Assembly: GCA_002189035.1 (NCBI GenBank)
Contig: CM007992.1
Span: 2,976,001-3,040,000, forward strand
Length of the DNA: 64,000 bases
Source: Utricularia gibba
Taxonomy: Eukaryota > Plantae > Magnoliophyta
Reading direction: 5' to 3'
The translations under genes were made by a program, and so were the position numbers. Below are positions 1-10,892 of this stretch, one piece after another; within the stretch, counting starts at the first letter, position 1, and every line of letters starts with the position of its first letter. The notes under the pieces were generated by a model. That model ran no database searches. It was not told the DNA's origin and saw nothing but the letters and a program-made list of their open reading frames with translations.

Positions 1-1003
1 ATAAATATATCTTATTTAACAAAAAAAATTCCGAAATTAAAAAATACATATGCCAAAAAATAATATATGGGCATGAGTTATGATTAACTTATGCCCTTAA
101 CAATATCATATAGTTGTGGGTTAGTCATAACCTACACCTATATGATAAGTGAAATAAGGATATAGTTTATAACTAATCCTCATCCTTAATGAGTATGCAG
201 GAACATGATCTTCTTCATTGTCCTGAATAATATCATATAAGTGTGGACTATGATTAACTCTTACTTTTTTAATAATGGGTGAAGTTTGACGGTGTCACCT
301 TAAGTTATAGTCGTTATAAAGAATTTAACTCTCAAATTTTAAAATTACATCATAAACTTTTCAACTTATATGTTTTGTTAATAATTTGTGTCTTAACTTA
401 TGAAATTTCATATTTAACTCTTTATGTTTGAATCTTTTTTGAACAGTTTTGACAATTGTTTGGATCTTTTTTTATATATTTAACCTCTTTTTTAACTTAT
501 CATTTTTAGTTATTCTATGCATATTTAATCTCTCATGTTTGATTCAATTTTTAAAAATTTTGAAAATTGTTTGGATTTTCGTTAAACGGTTTTTTTTTTT
601 TGTTATTTTTCAGATTTTGATATGACTAAAATAAGATATTCTTTATTGCATGAGGAATCTAGTGAACATGATGATATAAATTTGGAAATGAATGTTACTT
701 AGACTAGGTGGATTTTAAAACTTAGACCTCTAATTCTTATGTGTGGCAAATAATGGTAGAAAGTAAATATGATAGAGTAATTTATAATATTCACTTAGAA
801 TCATTTATAAAAGTGGCCATGCTACCACTCTCTTTTTAACAATTCACAGTGATCATTTTTTTTCACACTTCATCAAGAATTGGTTAAATTTGTAATATGA
901 CTTCACTTAAATAAGAGGCAAAAGAAGGTTCTGTATAACAGTCTAAAGTTATATTCATTTAAAAAAGACAAGTAAATTTTGTGGCCATGGTCGTGGATGA
1001 AGT

Positions 1004-1549
1004 CTATGGGGTGTACAGAGTGGGGCCACACTTGCACTTCCACCCCTCGGGCTCGTAATTGGTGTACTCCAAATTCCAGCCGCCGTTGGAGTCGGCGGGG
1101 ACTTGGACGGCCTCGCACGGCTGGCACCGGCGGCACTTGTGCTCGCACCTCGGCGGCCTCGACCCCATCCTCTGCTCCTCCTGGAAGCATCGCCCATCAG
1201 AACGAACGGAGGAGGAGCTGAGTTACATACATACATGCAAAAAGCTTGTGGAATACCTTTGCTGAGAGCTGAGTTACATGCAGGGTCTGTGAGTGGCGTA
1301 CTTCCTCTACACAGCACAGAGATCAAAAGAAGAGGAATAAGACGATGATGAATAAGACAGCAGCAGCAGCAGCATTAGCAGAAGCAGCAGGAGGAGGAGA
1401 ATACCATTCTGAGTTAGGGTTGCAGAAGGAGGGGCGCCCCCGTTTGTAGTTTTAGCAGAAAGGGGTCTAGTGGAGGCGGCAGGAGCGCTGAGTAGCAGCA
1501 TTAAGTAGAAGCCAAGAAACAAGACAAAAGGAACCCGAGAGAATCTCAT
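1004..1549 (-). CDS. EPFL: EPIDERMAL PATTERNING FACTOR-like secreted Cys-rich peptide (EPFL3-like), 3 exons, 123 aa
   Basis: Exons 1549-1405, 1306-1257, 1180-1004 with GT-AG introns join in frame (372 nt). N-terminal signal peptide MRFSRVPFVLFLGFYLMLLLSAPAAS. Mature domain GSRPPRCEHKCRRCQPCEAVQVP...EYTNYEPEGWKCKCGP has the 6-Cys EPFL pattern. Confidence 0.9.
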
Positions 1550-2008
1550 GATGAAATGGGAGGAGCTAGAGAAAGTTCTTGTCTTTGCCAAACAATGGAA
1601 GGAAGCAAGGGGCGCTCTCTTCTCCGGGATTATATGGGGTTCAAGCGGAAGTGGATTTCGAGACGAATTTAGTGAAAAAGGGTATAGGGAGCAGGGTTTG
1701 ACTACTAGGGACTTGTTCTTCTGTTCCCAAATGCACAAACAGGGTTAGAGAGTGGCTGGGCTGTGTTCAAAACGCGGATGCGGAAGGAGGGGTATTTATG
1801 GGGTTGGTCTGGGAGCATAGACTGCAGTGCCTGATGGTTACTTTTCGGTCAGAAATCGCAAATAAAGAGCCTGCAGCAGACAACAACATTTTCCTTTGAC
1901 TGCAGCGAAGAAGGCGTTTCGTTCGCCCCAATCCACCGCATATGGCTTTCTTTGTAAGCCAAATTGCAGTTACCATTATATTTTAAAAAAGATAGCTTGA
2001 AACGCGTA

Positions 2009-2025
2009 GCTGGAGTAGCTCAGTT

Positions 2026-2058
<33 letters not shown>

Positions 2059-2082
2059 AAGGTTCAAGCCCTTCCTCTAGCG
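2009..2082 (+). tRNA. trnN-GUU: tRNA-Asn (anticodon GTT)
   Basis: GCTGGAG/CTCTAGC acceptor stem, D arm with TAGCTCAGTTGG A-box, anticodon arm GTGG-CTGTTAA-CCAC, T arm GAAGG-TTCAAGC-CCTTC, discriminator G; 74 nt. Confidence 0.97.
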
Positions 2083-2090
2083 TTTCTTTT
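2083..2090 (+). terminator. Pol III oligo-T terminator of tRNA-Asn
   Basis: TTTCTTTT immediately after the tRNA 3' end; a longer T run follows near 2100. Confidence 0.75.
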
Positions 2091-2583
2091 CCTCTACAAT
2101 TTTTTTAATTCACGCTAAATATTAATTAATAATTCCTAATTACAAACTCTTGCGCCACGTAGGTGAAAATATTAACGAAGCTCCCACGCAACAATCATAA
2201 AATTAGAAAAGAACCCCAGATTTAGGACACAATTACATAGCGCACCCGCCATCATCAACTTTGTCACCCTCTGGGTTCCGTTGATAACCATGCGAAAAAA
2301 AAAATAAAGAAGAAGAAGAAGCGTCCCGCATTCTGCCAAAATTCATGGCTTTTCCATGGCCCCCATGACAGCTCCTTCCCCGCTTGGATTTACACACACA
2401 ACAATTACGAGCACATTCATGTGCTTCGTTTTGACAGACAAACTCCGACTCAAACTCCTTCTCCATTACTTCACTTCACAAAAGCTTCCTTTGCTGACGG
2501 TGTCGCCGGTGCATGAACGACTCGTGGACACGTCCACCCCTTTTCTTTTTTGTTTAGTTTTGCTTATTCTTTTCCCTGTTGCC

Positions 2584-2589
2584 TATAAA
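2584..2589 (+). promoter_or_regulatory. TATA box of the MYB gene
   Basis: CCTATAAAG followed by a CT-rich leader, about 45 nt before the ATG at 2630. Confidence 0.65.
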
Positions 2590-2629
2590 GCTCTCCTCCC
2601 CTCCTTGATGTACGTTGAGGGAAACGGGA

Positions 2630-3670
2630 ATGGCGTCGCATCATACCTGCTGCGACCGGCAGAAGGTCAACCGGGGGCTGTGGTCGCCGGAGGAGGACCA
2701 GAAGCTCATCAGCTACGTCACCACGTACGGCCATGGATGCTGGAGCTCCGTTCCTAGGCTTGCTGGTAGTTTTCTTATTTAATCTGGATTAGGGTCTTTG
2801 ATTACATGGTGAATACTGGAGGGATTGTGCTGGCGCCCAGGTCTGCAGAGATGCGGGAAGAGCTGTAGATTGCGATGGATCAATTACCTGCGGCCCGATG
2901 TGAAGAGGGGGAATTTCACTCCCCAGGAAGCTGCTCTCATCATTGAGCTCCACCGGATTCTAGGTAACAGGTAAAGCGAAGATGGCGGAATTGGAAGCAC
3001 GAGTATTGTTCTTTTCAAATACAGTGGAATTCAAACGCCGGCTTCTGTTTTGCAGATGGTCGCAGATAGCTAAGTATCTGCCTGGGAGAACAGACAACGA
3101 AGTGAAGAACTTCTGGAACTCGAGCATAAAGAAGAAGTTGATAGCCCACGCCAGACATCTCCGGCCTTCTGATCTTTACTTCGCAGCCAGATTGCACCAC
3201 AGCCCAGAAAACAGCAGCAATCTGATGATCCCGAATCCTGAAAACGAGCATCCTGTCATCCCATCTGAACCAGCAATGGCTTCTTTTTACTGTTCCATAG
3301 ACTCACCATTTGATCAAATGATGAATCCCGTTACGAAGGATTCATCATGGGCTTCGCCGTACGACCAACCCACAGGGCAAGATCAAGATGAAAGCTCCCC
3401 ATGTTGGGATTTGAGAACCATCGAAGTTACGACGTTGACAGGGAGGTGCTGGAAGCGCTGCTGCCGGAGCTAGACACCGGAAACTCGTCCTCCTGCAGTG
3501 GCTTTCCGGCCCCGATGTGGGGCGGCTGTGATGAATACACAGGAGGGTATTTTCCTGGCTGTGAAGAGATGCATCCGTACCACATCGACAACATTACATC
3601 TCTAATGGCGACCTTCGCGCAGCCGGATCCTCCACCGGAGTGCCCGCCCTCTTCGGACTCGCATTTATGA
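2630..3670 (+). CDS. R2R3-MYB transcription factor, MYB26-like; apparent 1-bp frameshift in exon 3
   Basis: Exons 2630-2765, 2841-2970, 3056-end with classic R2R3 intron positions. [26 protein letters not shown]...[28 protein letters not shown]. As assembled the frame stops at 3473; one extra C at 3397-3400 joins it to the protein-like ORF 3401-3670. Confidence 0.9.
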
Positions 3671-3872
3671 TGTGTTGACAGCAAATTCCAACATCAATGA
3701 CTCCATGGCGGAACTGCGGCTGCGCTTCGAAACCTCAGAGGAGATGCTGAACATTTGTGGCTGGGAGCAAATGACTTCTGAATTTGAAAACTTGGATCTA
3801 CACAAATTTCCTCCATCCATGTGAAATTCATAAGTATGGTTATGTATTTTGAATATGGGATTCAGATTATGT

Positions 3873-4015
3873 AGAACATAATCAATTTTGAAATTATTTG
3901 AATAGAATCAATTTTAAATTATAAAACTGTTTTATAATATAATATAAAATTATATTATAAAATTTAATGAAATAAATTATATATAGTAAAATTTAAATAT
4001 ATTAATTTATTTATA
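3873..4015 (+). mobile_element. AT-rich dispersed repeat / MITE-like family 2, copy 1
   Basis: Core AGAACATAATCAATTTTGAAATTATTTGAATAGAATCAATTTTAAATTATAAAACTG...TATAAAATTATATTATA recurs at about 30722-30870 (+) and about 20945-21099 (-). Confidence 0.55.
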
Positions 4016-4432
4016 TAATTCAATTTTTTATATTTATTTAAATAAAAATAAAAAGTAAAAAAATGATTTTTTACTTAATTTTTTGTTTAATTACTAAAAT
4101 ATAAATTTAATAATTTATGAAGTTAATCATATAATTTAATTTTTTAATTTTACTATAAAATGGATAAAAAATTAGAATTTTTAAAAATTCTGTTAAAAAT
4201 GCACGTGAGGGGGTATTTTGGTCATTATAGTCGGGGTGTAAATCAACCCTATTTTCGCCACGTGTCCTGGAATTCCTCTCGACCGTTACTGGATTTTCTA
4301 TTTTTAGTGGAGGAAACACCACGAACAAAGCCTTAATTCAATCAAACAACATGAATACTTTTGTCCTTTTACCATTCCCGTCGGACCCGCAAATACCATT
4401 TAATAATATTATTAAAATAATACATCACAACT

Positions 4433-5338
4433 ATGAACCAGCCCCCCCAGTTTTCTGCCCAATACCAACAATTACATCCGCCGGAACCCTAAACCGCCCA
4501 AATCCGCCGCTGCACCTCAGCCGTCCCGCAGCCACGGATCAACCACGCAAGCCTGTGCTGCGTGTAAGTATCAACGGCGGAAGTGCGCCTCCGATTGCAT
4601 TCTCGCGCCTTATTTTCCCCACGACAGCCACCGCCAATTCCTCAACGCACACCGTCTATTCGGCGTTAGCAACATTGTTAAAATCGTCCGGCACCTGGAC
4701 CCGGCGGCGAAGGACCAAGCGATGCGGTCGATTATCTACCAATCGGATGCACGCGCCGCGGATCCTGTCGGTGGATGTTACCGGATTATTCGTGACCTAG
4801 AGAACAGGATCGCGATGGCGAAAGCAGAGCACGAGATTGTCCTTCACCACCTCGCGCTTTTCCGGGCTGCGGCCACCGCGACGCCGCTACAGACCGGAGA
4901 TTGCTACGCGGCGGTGGAAGACGTCAACTCGTGGCCGCTGGAAACCGTGCAAACGAATGCGGAATCGGTATCGTCTTCGTTTCCTTGCCAACAAGAGACG
5001 AAGAATTCACCTGTCGAGGATTGCAACAATGCAGATTTGATCCAGCCTATTCTGGATCAACTGGATTGCGATGGAGATATTGGGAACGAAGATGTTTCCC
5101 TCAAATTCGATTTCGACGGAAATCTCATCTCCAGGTACGAACCGATCCAATTACACCGTGGATTCCAACTACGTTTACTCATCTCGTCTCTGCAACCGAT
5201 AGCTTGAGTTTTTGCCACAGTGTGGAGGAGACAGAGGGCTTCAAGGAAGAAGACGATGACTGTTTCGGTTACGTTGACGATCACGAAGATCTCAAAGCAG
5301 CAGCCACTTTCTTCAGCCTCACGAACTGCGACATTTGA
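4433..5338 (+). CDS. LBD: LOB-domain protein (class I, LBD22/LBD27-like); start codon out of frame as assembled
   Basis: ACAACKYQRRKCASDCILAPYFP C-block, LFGVSNI...DPVGGCY GAS block and coiled coil. Intron 5135-5220 (GT-AG) joins to a last exon ending DLKAAATFFSLTNCDI, the C-terminal motif typical of this subgroup. ATG 4433 needs removal of one C from C7 at 4442-4448. Confidence 0.88.
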
Positions 5339-6407
5339 TACACCAGAAAACGACGAGAGGTTTTCAATAAACCCCAAAGAACCAAACCCTACATTCCTTG
5401 TATTGGGCTTTTCCACCCTTGAATGTTGCAATGGGCTCACCTTCAGCCCATCACAACAAGGCCTTAAGCAGCCCAACCAAAGGAGGCCTCAATCCAAAAG
5501 ATAAATAAATTAAGCCCGCCTTTGGAAAACCAAAATTCTCTTCCTAAAAAGTCGATTCTTGTTTCAAGTATCATTTTTTATTTTTCAATTATCTATTTTC
5601 TATCAGGTGAAAATCACTCCAATTTTATGAGAGAGTGTATTATACTAAAATGTTTTTTTATAAACAATGACAGCCCTTTTATGTAATTATAATATTTTTA
5701 TACTATAAATTATCTATAAAAACATAGTTTCTTTTAATTTATAGATTTGTAAATTTTGATTTTTAATAAATGAAAGTGAGTATCTCATTTATGTATAAAA
5801 ACCAATTATCATTTTATTGTACTTCAAACATGAATTAATTATAAAATAATAGACAAATATTTTCAAAAGTAGGTTAAAACAATAGATATAAGAATTTTTG
5901 ATAGTATGAAGGGATGAATTAGAAATTTAAACATGTGTCAGATATTGTGTGAGAAAAATGTATATTAATAATATTAATTTTTTAATTTAATGTGTGTGAG
6001 AGAGCGTATGAGGATGATTATTTTTCTAAATAATCTAATCTGAAGGTGAATTTTCGAAATATGAGATCCTCCTCCATTGCCTGGTTTATTGCAAAAAAAG
6101 AAAAAAAAAATTGCCAGATGTGTTGATGATGATGGGAGGCAAAAGCTCGACACCATGGAAGCTTTTGTTGTTGGGAGCTTAAAAGAAAAGGATTTTAGTA
6201 TTTTTGCTCGATTTAAATACAAAAAGAAAAAAGGATGAGGTTTGGAGGTCATGTCACTCAGACCACTGTTTTGTTGGGTAGTCCCATTTTTTTCTCGAGC
6301 GGTTTGTTTTGTAGGCCGCAGATGAGCTTCATTTGTCTCCACAACCAACGCGCCTTGGAACGATGGGATCCAAATACAAAGAATGAGAATCCATCCAAGT
6401 TTTAAGC

Positions 6408-6650
6408 ATTCTTTTGAAAAATTTTTGAAACATATTTTTACTTTTCAAAAATATTTTTGAAAAATATAAATAAAAATAAAAGTAATCAATTTCTTATTTT
6501 TTAAAAAATAACTTTTATAGTTATAATTTTAAAAATGTTTTTTTTATAAAATTACTTTTACAATTAAAAATGTTCTAAAACAAAACTATTTTTAATTCTA
6601 AAAAGTAAAAATATATTTTAAAAATTTTACAAAACACTACTTTAATCTTT
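6408..6650 (-). mobile_element. AT-rich MITE-like family 1, copy A (Tourist/PIF-Harbinger-like ends)
   Basis: Reverse complement of about 6500-6605 aligns closely to about 35480-35585 (TTTTAGAA.TAAAAATAGTTTT.TTTTAGAA.ATTTTTAATT.TAAAAGTAATTTTAT...TATAAAAGTTATTTTTTAAAA). Imperfect inverted ends such as TTTTGAAAAATTTT / AAAATTTTACAAAACAC. Confidence 0.6.
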
Positions 6651-8592
6651 ACTTTGTTTTGAAGAAGAAGTGAATGGGTAATTTGGTGAAAAGTTTTTAC
6701 CTTGATGTGGGTGCAATAATGTTAATCTATGTATGTAATGTAATTGGCATTGATGTTAGTGCAATAATGGGATTCCCGTGTCTGGATGTTGAATTGCGCT
6801 GCAATAAAAGTGTATGGTGTGGCAGGGCCAGGCCAGGCCAGGACAAGTGCAACACACAGCAGCAGCATTCATTCATCAAGATCTGCACCAAGAACACGCA
6901 CCTACTTACACACATTCACTACCTTCACCAATCACTTCCCAATGGACCGGGCCAGGAATAGGATTACCTTCTCCTACATGACACATCATTAATTTGTGGG
7001 TTATGTTGTAAGGTATGATTTAAATATCTTGAAAAATATAGCACGAATATATGAAGAATTGAATTTCTTTATCCTGCTATATTTTATTTTTCTAGTTATG
7101 GGGTATGTTAGCATGTCGCATGCATCAAATTATTTATAACATTCTGTATCACACATTTAATTAAAAGAAATACGGCCATTTTGGGTGTTGTGGCATGTTA
7201 GTTGTGTCATTCATCAAATTTGCTCCTTATTGAACACAGCTTAATTATTGGGTTGGTTTGAAAAGTGTATGTTCTAATGCTTCATCAAGTAGAGTTTTTG
7301 TGGATCAAAAGTTCATTAGGTTATGAGACACATTCCACCTTCTAGAATGGTTGTGATTTTGTTGTTTGGGGAGACGTCGATTTATTTTTGATCAAGCTAT
7401 TAAACTCAAGTTTAAATATAAGCTTTCCCCACATCATTATTATAATAACTCTATTTAATCTAAACTCCAAACATCACTTCACCTTTCAAAATTTATATAT
7501 TGAAGGATGGATGTCAAAGAATGATCATTCATGCTTGTATGTGCCAAAATGAGTTTTATTTTACTCTTTGTGTGTGAGAGACAAATACATATATTAGGAA
7601 GAAATAAAGAAGTACGCATATGTAATAAATATGTATGAAAGTAGTTGAAATCTACAAAATTCGATTGGATCGATCTTTCTTATAAATAAAAGATTGTTAG
7701 AAAAAAAAAGGATTGAAATTTATATATACCAATTGTAATTCTTATTATCTTCTTTTTAGTGAAATCCATTTTTCCGATAACCTTGTTCACTTTTGTGATT
7801 TATTTGTTTAGATAGTTTTCATGTAAAAATTTTATCTTCTCTTATTTCTCTTATCTACATAACAACCCCCTAAAACCTGAAAATCACAAATTGGATATGA
7901 ACAAACCGGTCTATCACCTCAAAATCGGTCTTCTTCAATAACCTCATTTTCAACCATAACAAATATAAATCTTTTAACTTAATATGTGTGAGAAAATATA
8001 CGAATGATCATTTTTATAAATAATATTGAAATGAAATGCCATCTCCCTCCTTGAGAGGACAGGCTTGTTTGCAAAACACAGAATGGAGGAGGAAGGGAGG
8101 AGGCGAGGCCGGCAGCTGTGCATCATTTCCGATGGCGATGTTACTCCCTATTGCGATCGGGATTGGGATGCTGACCGTCCATGACTCTGTCGCATGCTAC
8201 ACCCCCAAATTACCAAAAACCCCCCAACATTTCTTTTATTTTCTTACAACTCCTCTGGCGGGTCACCTGTCCCTCTCTGCCTCCCCCATCATTCACACCC
8301 CTTTTCCCCCCACCATATGCCATCCCTTGCTTGCTTTAACCCACAAATTCATGTGATTAAAAGAAAGATTGCTTCCTGAACTACCCCTGTTTCGGGTTTC
8401 TCTGAATCGGGTCGGGTTGGTAAGGACATCCTCCATTAATGATTCCTTGCTCGAAGTCACGAGCATTGTCTCTTTCTCTATATATGTACACCTGTCACTA
8501 AGGCTTCCCAGCACAGAGATCCATGCATTGAAGGGGGAGAATAAACAAAATCCAGAGCTGCAACACCGAGATCTGAGCTCCCGCACCAAAAG

Positions 8593-9396
8593 ATGACCGA
8601 CAAAGTGCATCCATCTGCGAAGCCACAACCAGCCGCCGCCCCAGCAGCAACAGCAGCTGGGGGAGCAGGGGCCAGGGATGCTAATCTCAATCTCAAGCTT
8701 CCGCCGAATAAAGCCCAGGGTTACAACAACGCCAGGCGTCCGGCTTACCGCCCACAGCCTCCGCCGCGGCGGAGCTACCGCAGGGGATGCTGGTGCAGGT
8801 GCTGCTTATGGACGACAGCGGTGATTCTACTGATCGCCGTCGTGGCGGCCGTTGCCGGCGGCGTGTTTTATCTCATCTACCATCCCCACCGCCCTTCCTT
8901 CTCCGTCAAATCTGTGAATCTCTCCAAATTCAACCTCACCGACACCACCCTCAACACCAGTTTCAACATCTCCGTCGCCGCACACAATCCTAATTCCATC
9001 ATCACCTTCAGTTACGACCAAACTACGGTCCAGCTGTTCGCCGGAACCGTGGGGGTCGGCGACGGATCCTTCCCAAGCTTCACTCAGGGCACGAAGAATT
9101 CCACCACTCTGAGAGCAGTCATCGCGACCCCCAAGAACACATACCTAGACGAGGGAGATGACGCATCCGCACTGAAATCCTTCCTCCGGAAAGGGAAACT
9201 GCCGATCAAGATCCAGATGGACACCAAAATCAGAGCCAAAATTGGGAAATTCGAGATGGGGAAGCTCGGCGTTAGGGTTCTGTGCGAGGGAATCAAAATC
9301 GCTGTTCATTCCGGCAATACGGCGTCGTCCGCACCCAGTGTTAACGTCGAGTGCAAGCTGGATCCACGAGTGAAGATCCTGCGGTGGACAATTTAA
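8593..9396 (+). CDS. NDR1/HIN1-like (LEA_2 domain) membrane protein, single exon, 267 aa
   Basis: MTDKVHP...YRPQPPPRRSYRRGCWCRCCLW N-terminus, one TM helix, HPHRPSFSV and HNPN motifs, C-terminal CKLDPRVKILRWTI. Confidence 0.92.
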   Translation: MTDKVHPSAKPQPAAAPAATAAGGAGARDANLNLKLPPNKAQGYNNARRPAYRPQPPPRRSYRRGCWCRCCLWTTAVILLIAVVAAVAGGVFYLIYHPHRPSFSVKSVNLSKFNLTDTTLNTSFNISVAAHNPNSIITFSYDQTTVQLFAGTVGVGDGSFPSFTQGTKNSTTLRAVIATPKNTYLDEGDDASALKSFLRKGKLPIKIQMDTKIRAKIGKFEMGKLGVRVLCEGIKIAVHSGNTASSAPSVNVECKLDPRVKILRWTI

Positions 9397-9401
9397 GTGA
9401 G

Positions 9402-9431
9402 ATTATTATTATTATTATTATTATTATTATT
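9402..9431 (+). repeat. (ATT)10 microsatellite in the NHL 3' UTR
   Basis: Perfect ATT run starting 6 nt after the stop codon. Confidence 0.9.
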
Positions 9432-10892
9432 TATTCCTCAAAAAGAAAAAAAACACATTATTCATTTACATATTTCTATTTTCCCATAATTTAACATATC
9501 CCTTTACTCCCCCGCCCCCCCGCCAGCTGTCGCCCCCGGTCGGCATATACTTTCTTTTTTTATAAAAGCCGTCACGTGATGACCTGGAATTTAATTTCTT
9601 CATTTTTTAAATTTAATAATCTTATGAAATTCCATTTTATATTATGATTTTATAATGACAGAAAATGTACATGTAGCGCCATTAATGAAAGTTGATGCTG
9701 GATCTTTAATAATTGGCGTGGGCCCACCCCCCCTCCCACTGTCTCCGTCGCCCCCATTTCTGAATTGGTTTTTCAAATAATATCATGAATATAAATTTGG
9801 TGGGTGGGGGAATAAATACCTTTTCGGAATTAAAACTTGCATTTTTTTTCATTTTTTTTAATACGTGGGACAGGACAGGAATGTGATTTGTATTTATTCA
9901 GGGGTGTTCAGATAATTTCGAAAACTTTTATTTCGAATATGAATATATAAAATTGACATCCACAATTTGTGAAAAGAAAAGAGTTAGACAAGGTCAAAGT
10001 CGTATTTACTGAGTAAATTCATTGAGTTATTTTTTCATTAATTAGTTTTCTTTCAATTGGATTTCTGGTGCATCCAGCCATTCAGAAATTATACTTATAT
10101 TATCAAATATAATTAATTTTCAATATGTTCTTATTTATGAAAATTAAAAATTGGAATTCTATATCATGTTTTTTATATTTTTAATTTTGAAAATAAAATA
10201 AATAATATTTTATAAAAATATTACTTGTAAAACTTTTTTACCATAGTATAAGACATCCTAAATAGAACCAAATAAATATTATTTAAAGGAAGCTAGTATG
10301 TGGGCCCAATGGTAGGGTATGAATTTGGGTTGTGGTGTAATGCGATCCTGCGGGGCCCATGAAGACATTTCATCATATGTTACGCTGTCGTTTTGGGCGA
10401 GAGCAATTCCCTTCATGACTGTTGTTCTGCAAACCCTATGACTGTTTCTTATCTCACTGCTAAAGGTAAAGTTTTTATTTAAAATCGTCAGCGCTCCCTC
10501 TCCGTGGATTGCAATTCGTACAATTTTTTGTCTGGTGGTTACTTCTTGTCTCATGATGTATTTTCGGACGACGGCGCTTTTCTGGTGGTTGGCTGAGTTC
10601 GTCCGGGGGAATGATTTTCTTCAGAAGAATGAAGTAGTTTTTTTTTATGTTTTTCTTTTTGGATTATGGCTTGTGCTGTATGCTTCAATGTTTTCAGTTT
10701 GCATGGGTTCTTTTTGACGAGGGCGATGCACGCAATTTGCTGTATTTGTAGATATGCTGTGTCTGAGTTGAATGAATGTATTGGGTGGTGATTTTTAAGT
10801 TTTTGATATCGTCTGTGCGATTCTCGCTTGTTTTTCTACTTAGGGATCAATGCGTGAGATGTGTCAGTTGTTTCATTTCAGCTGTGGGTTAA

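Noticed and set aside
1215-1279. 14-nt direct repeat GAGCTGAGTTACAT in EPFL exon 2 and intron 2, creating a cryptic acceptor
   Set aside because: Using it would need a 38-nt intron, below the usual plant minimum, and would introduce a stop.
6878-6896. 13-nt match (CTTGGTGCAGATC on the minus strand) to a miR168 variant
   Set aside because: Flanks mismatch, there is no star arm or hairpin, and a match of this length is expected by chance when screening many miRNAs over 64 kb.
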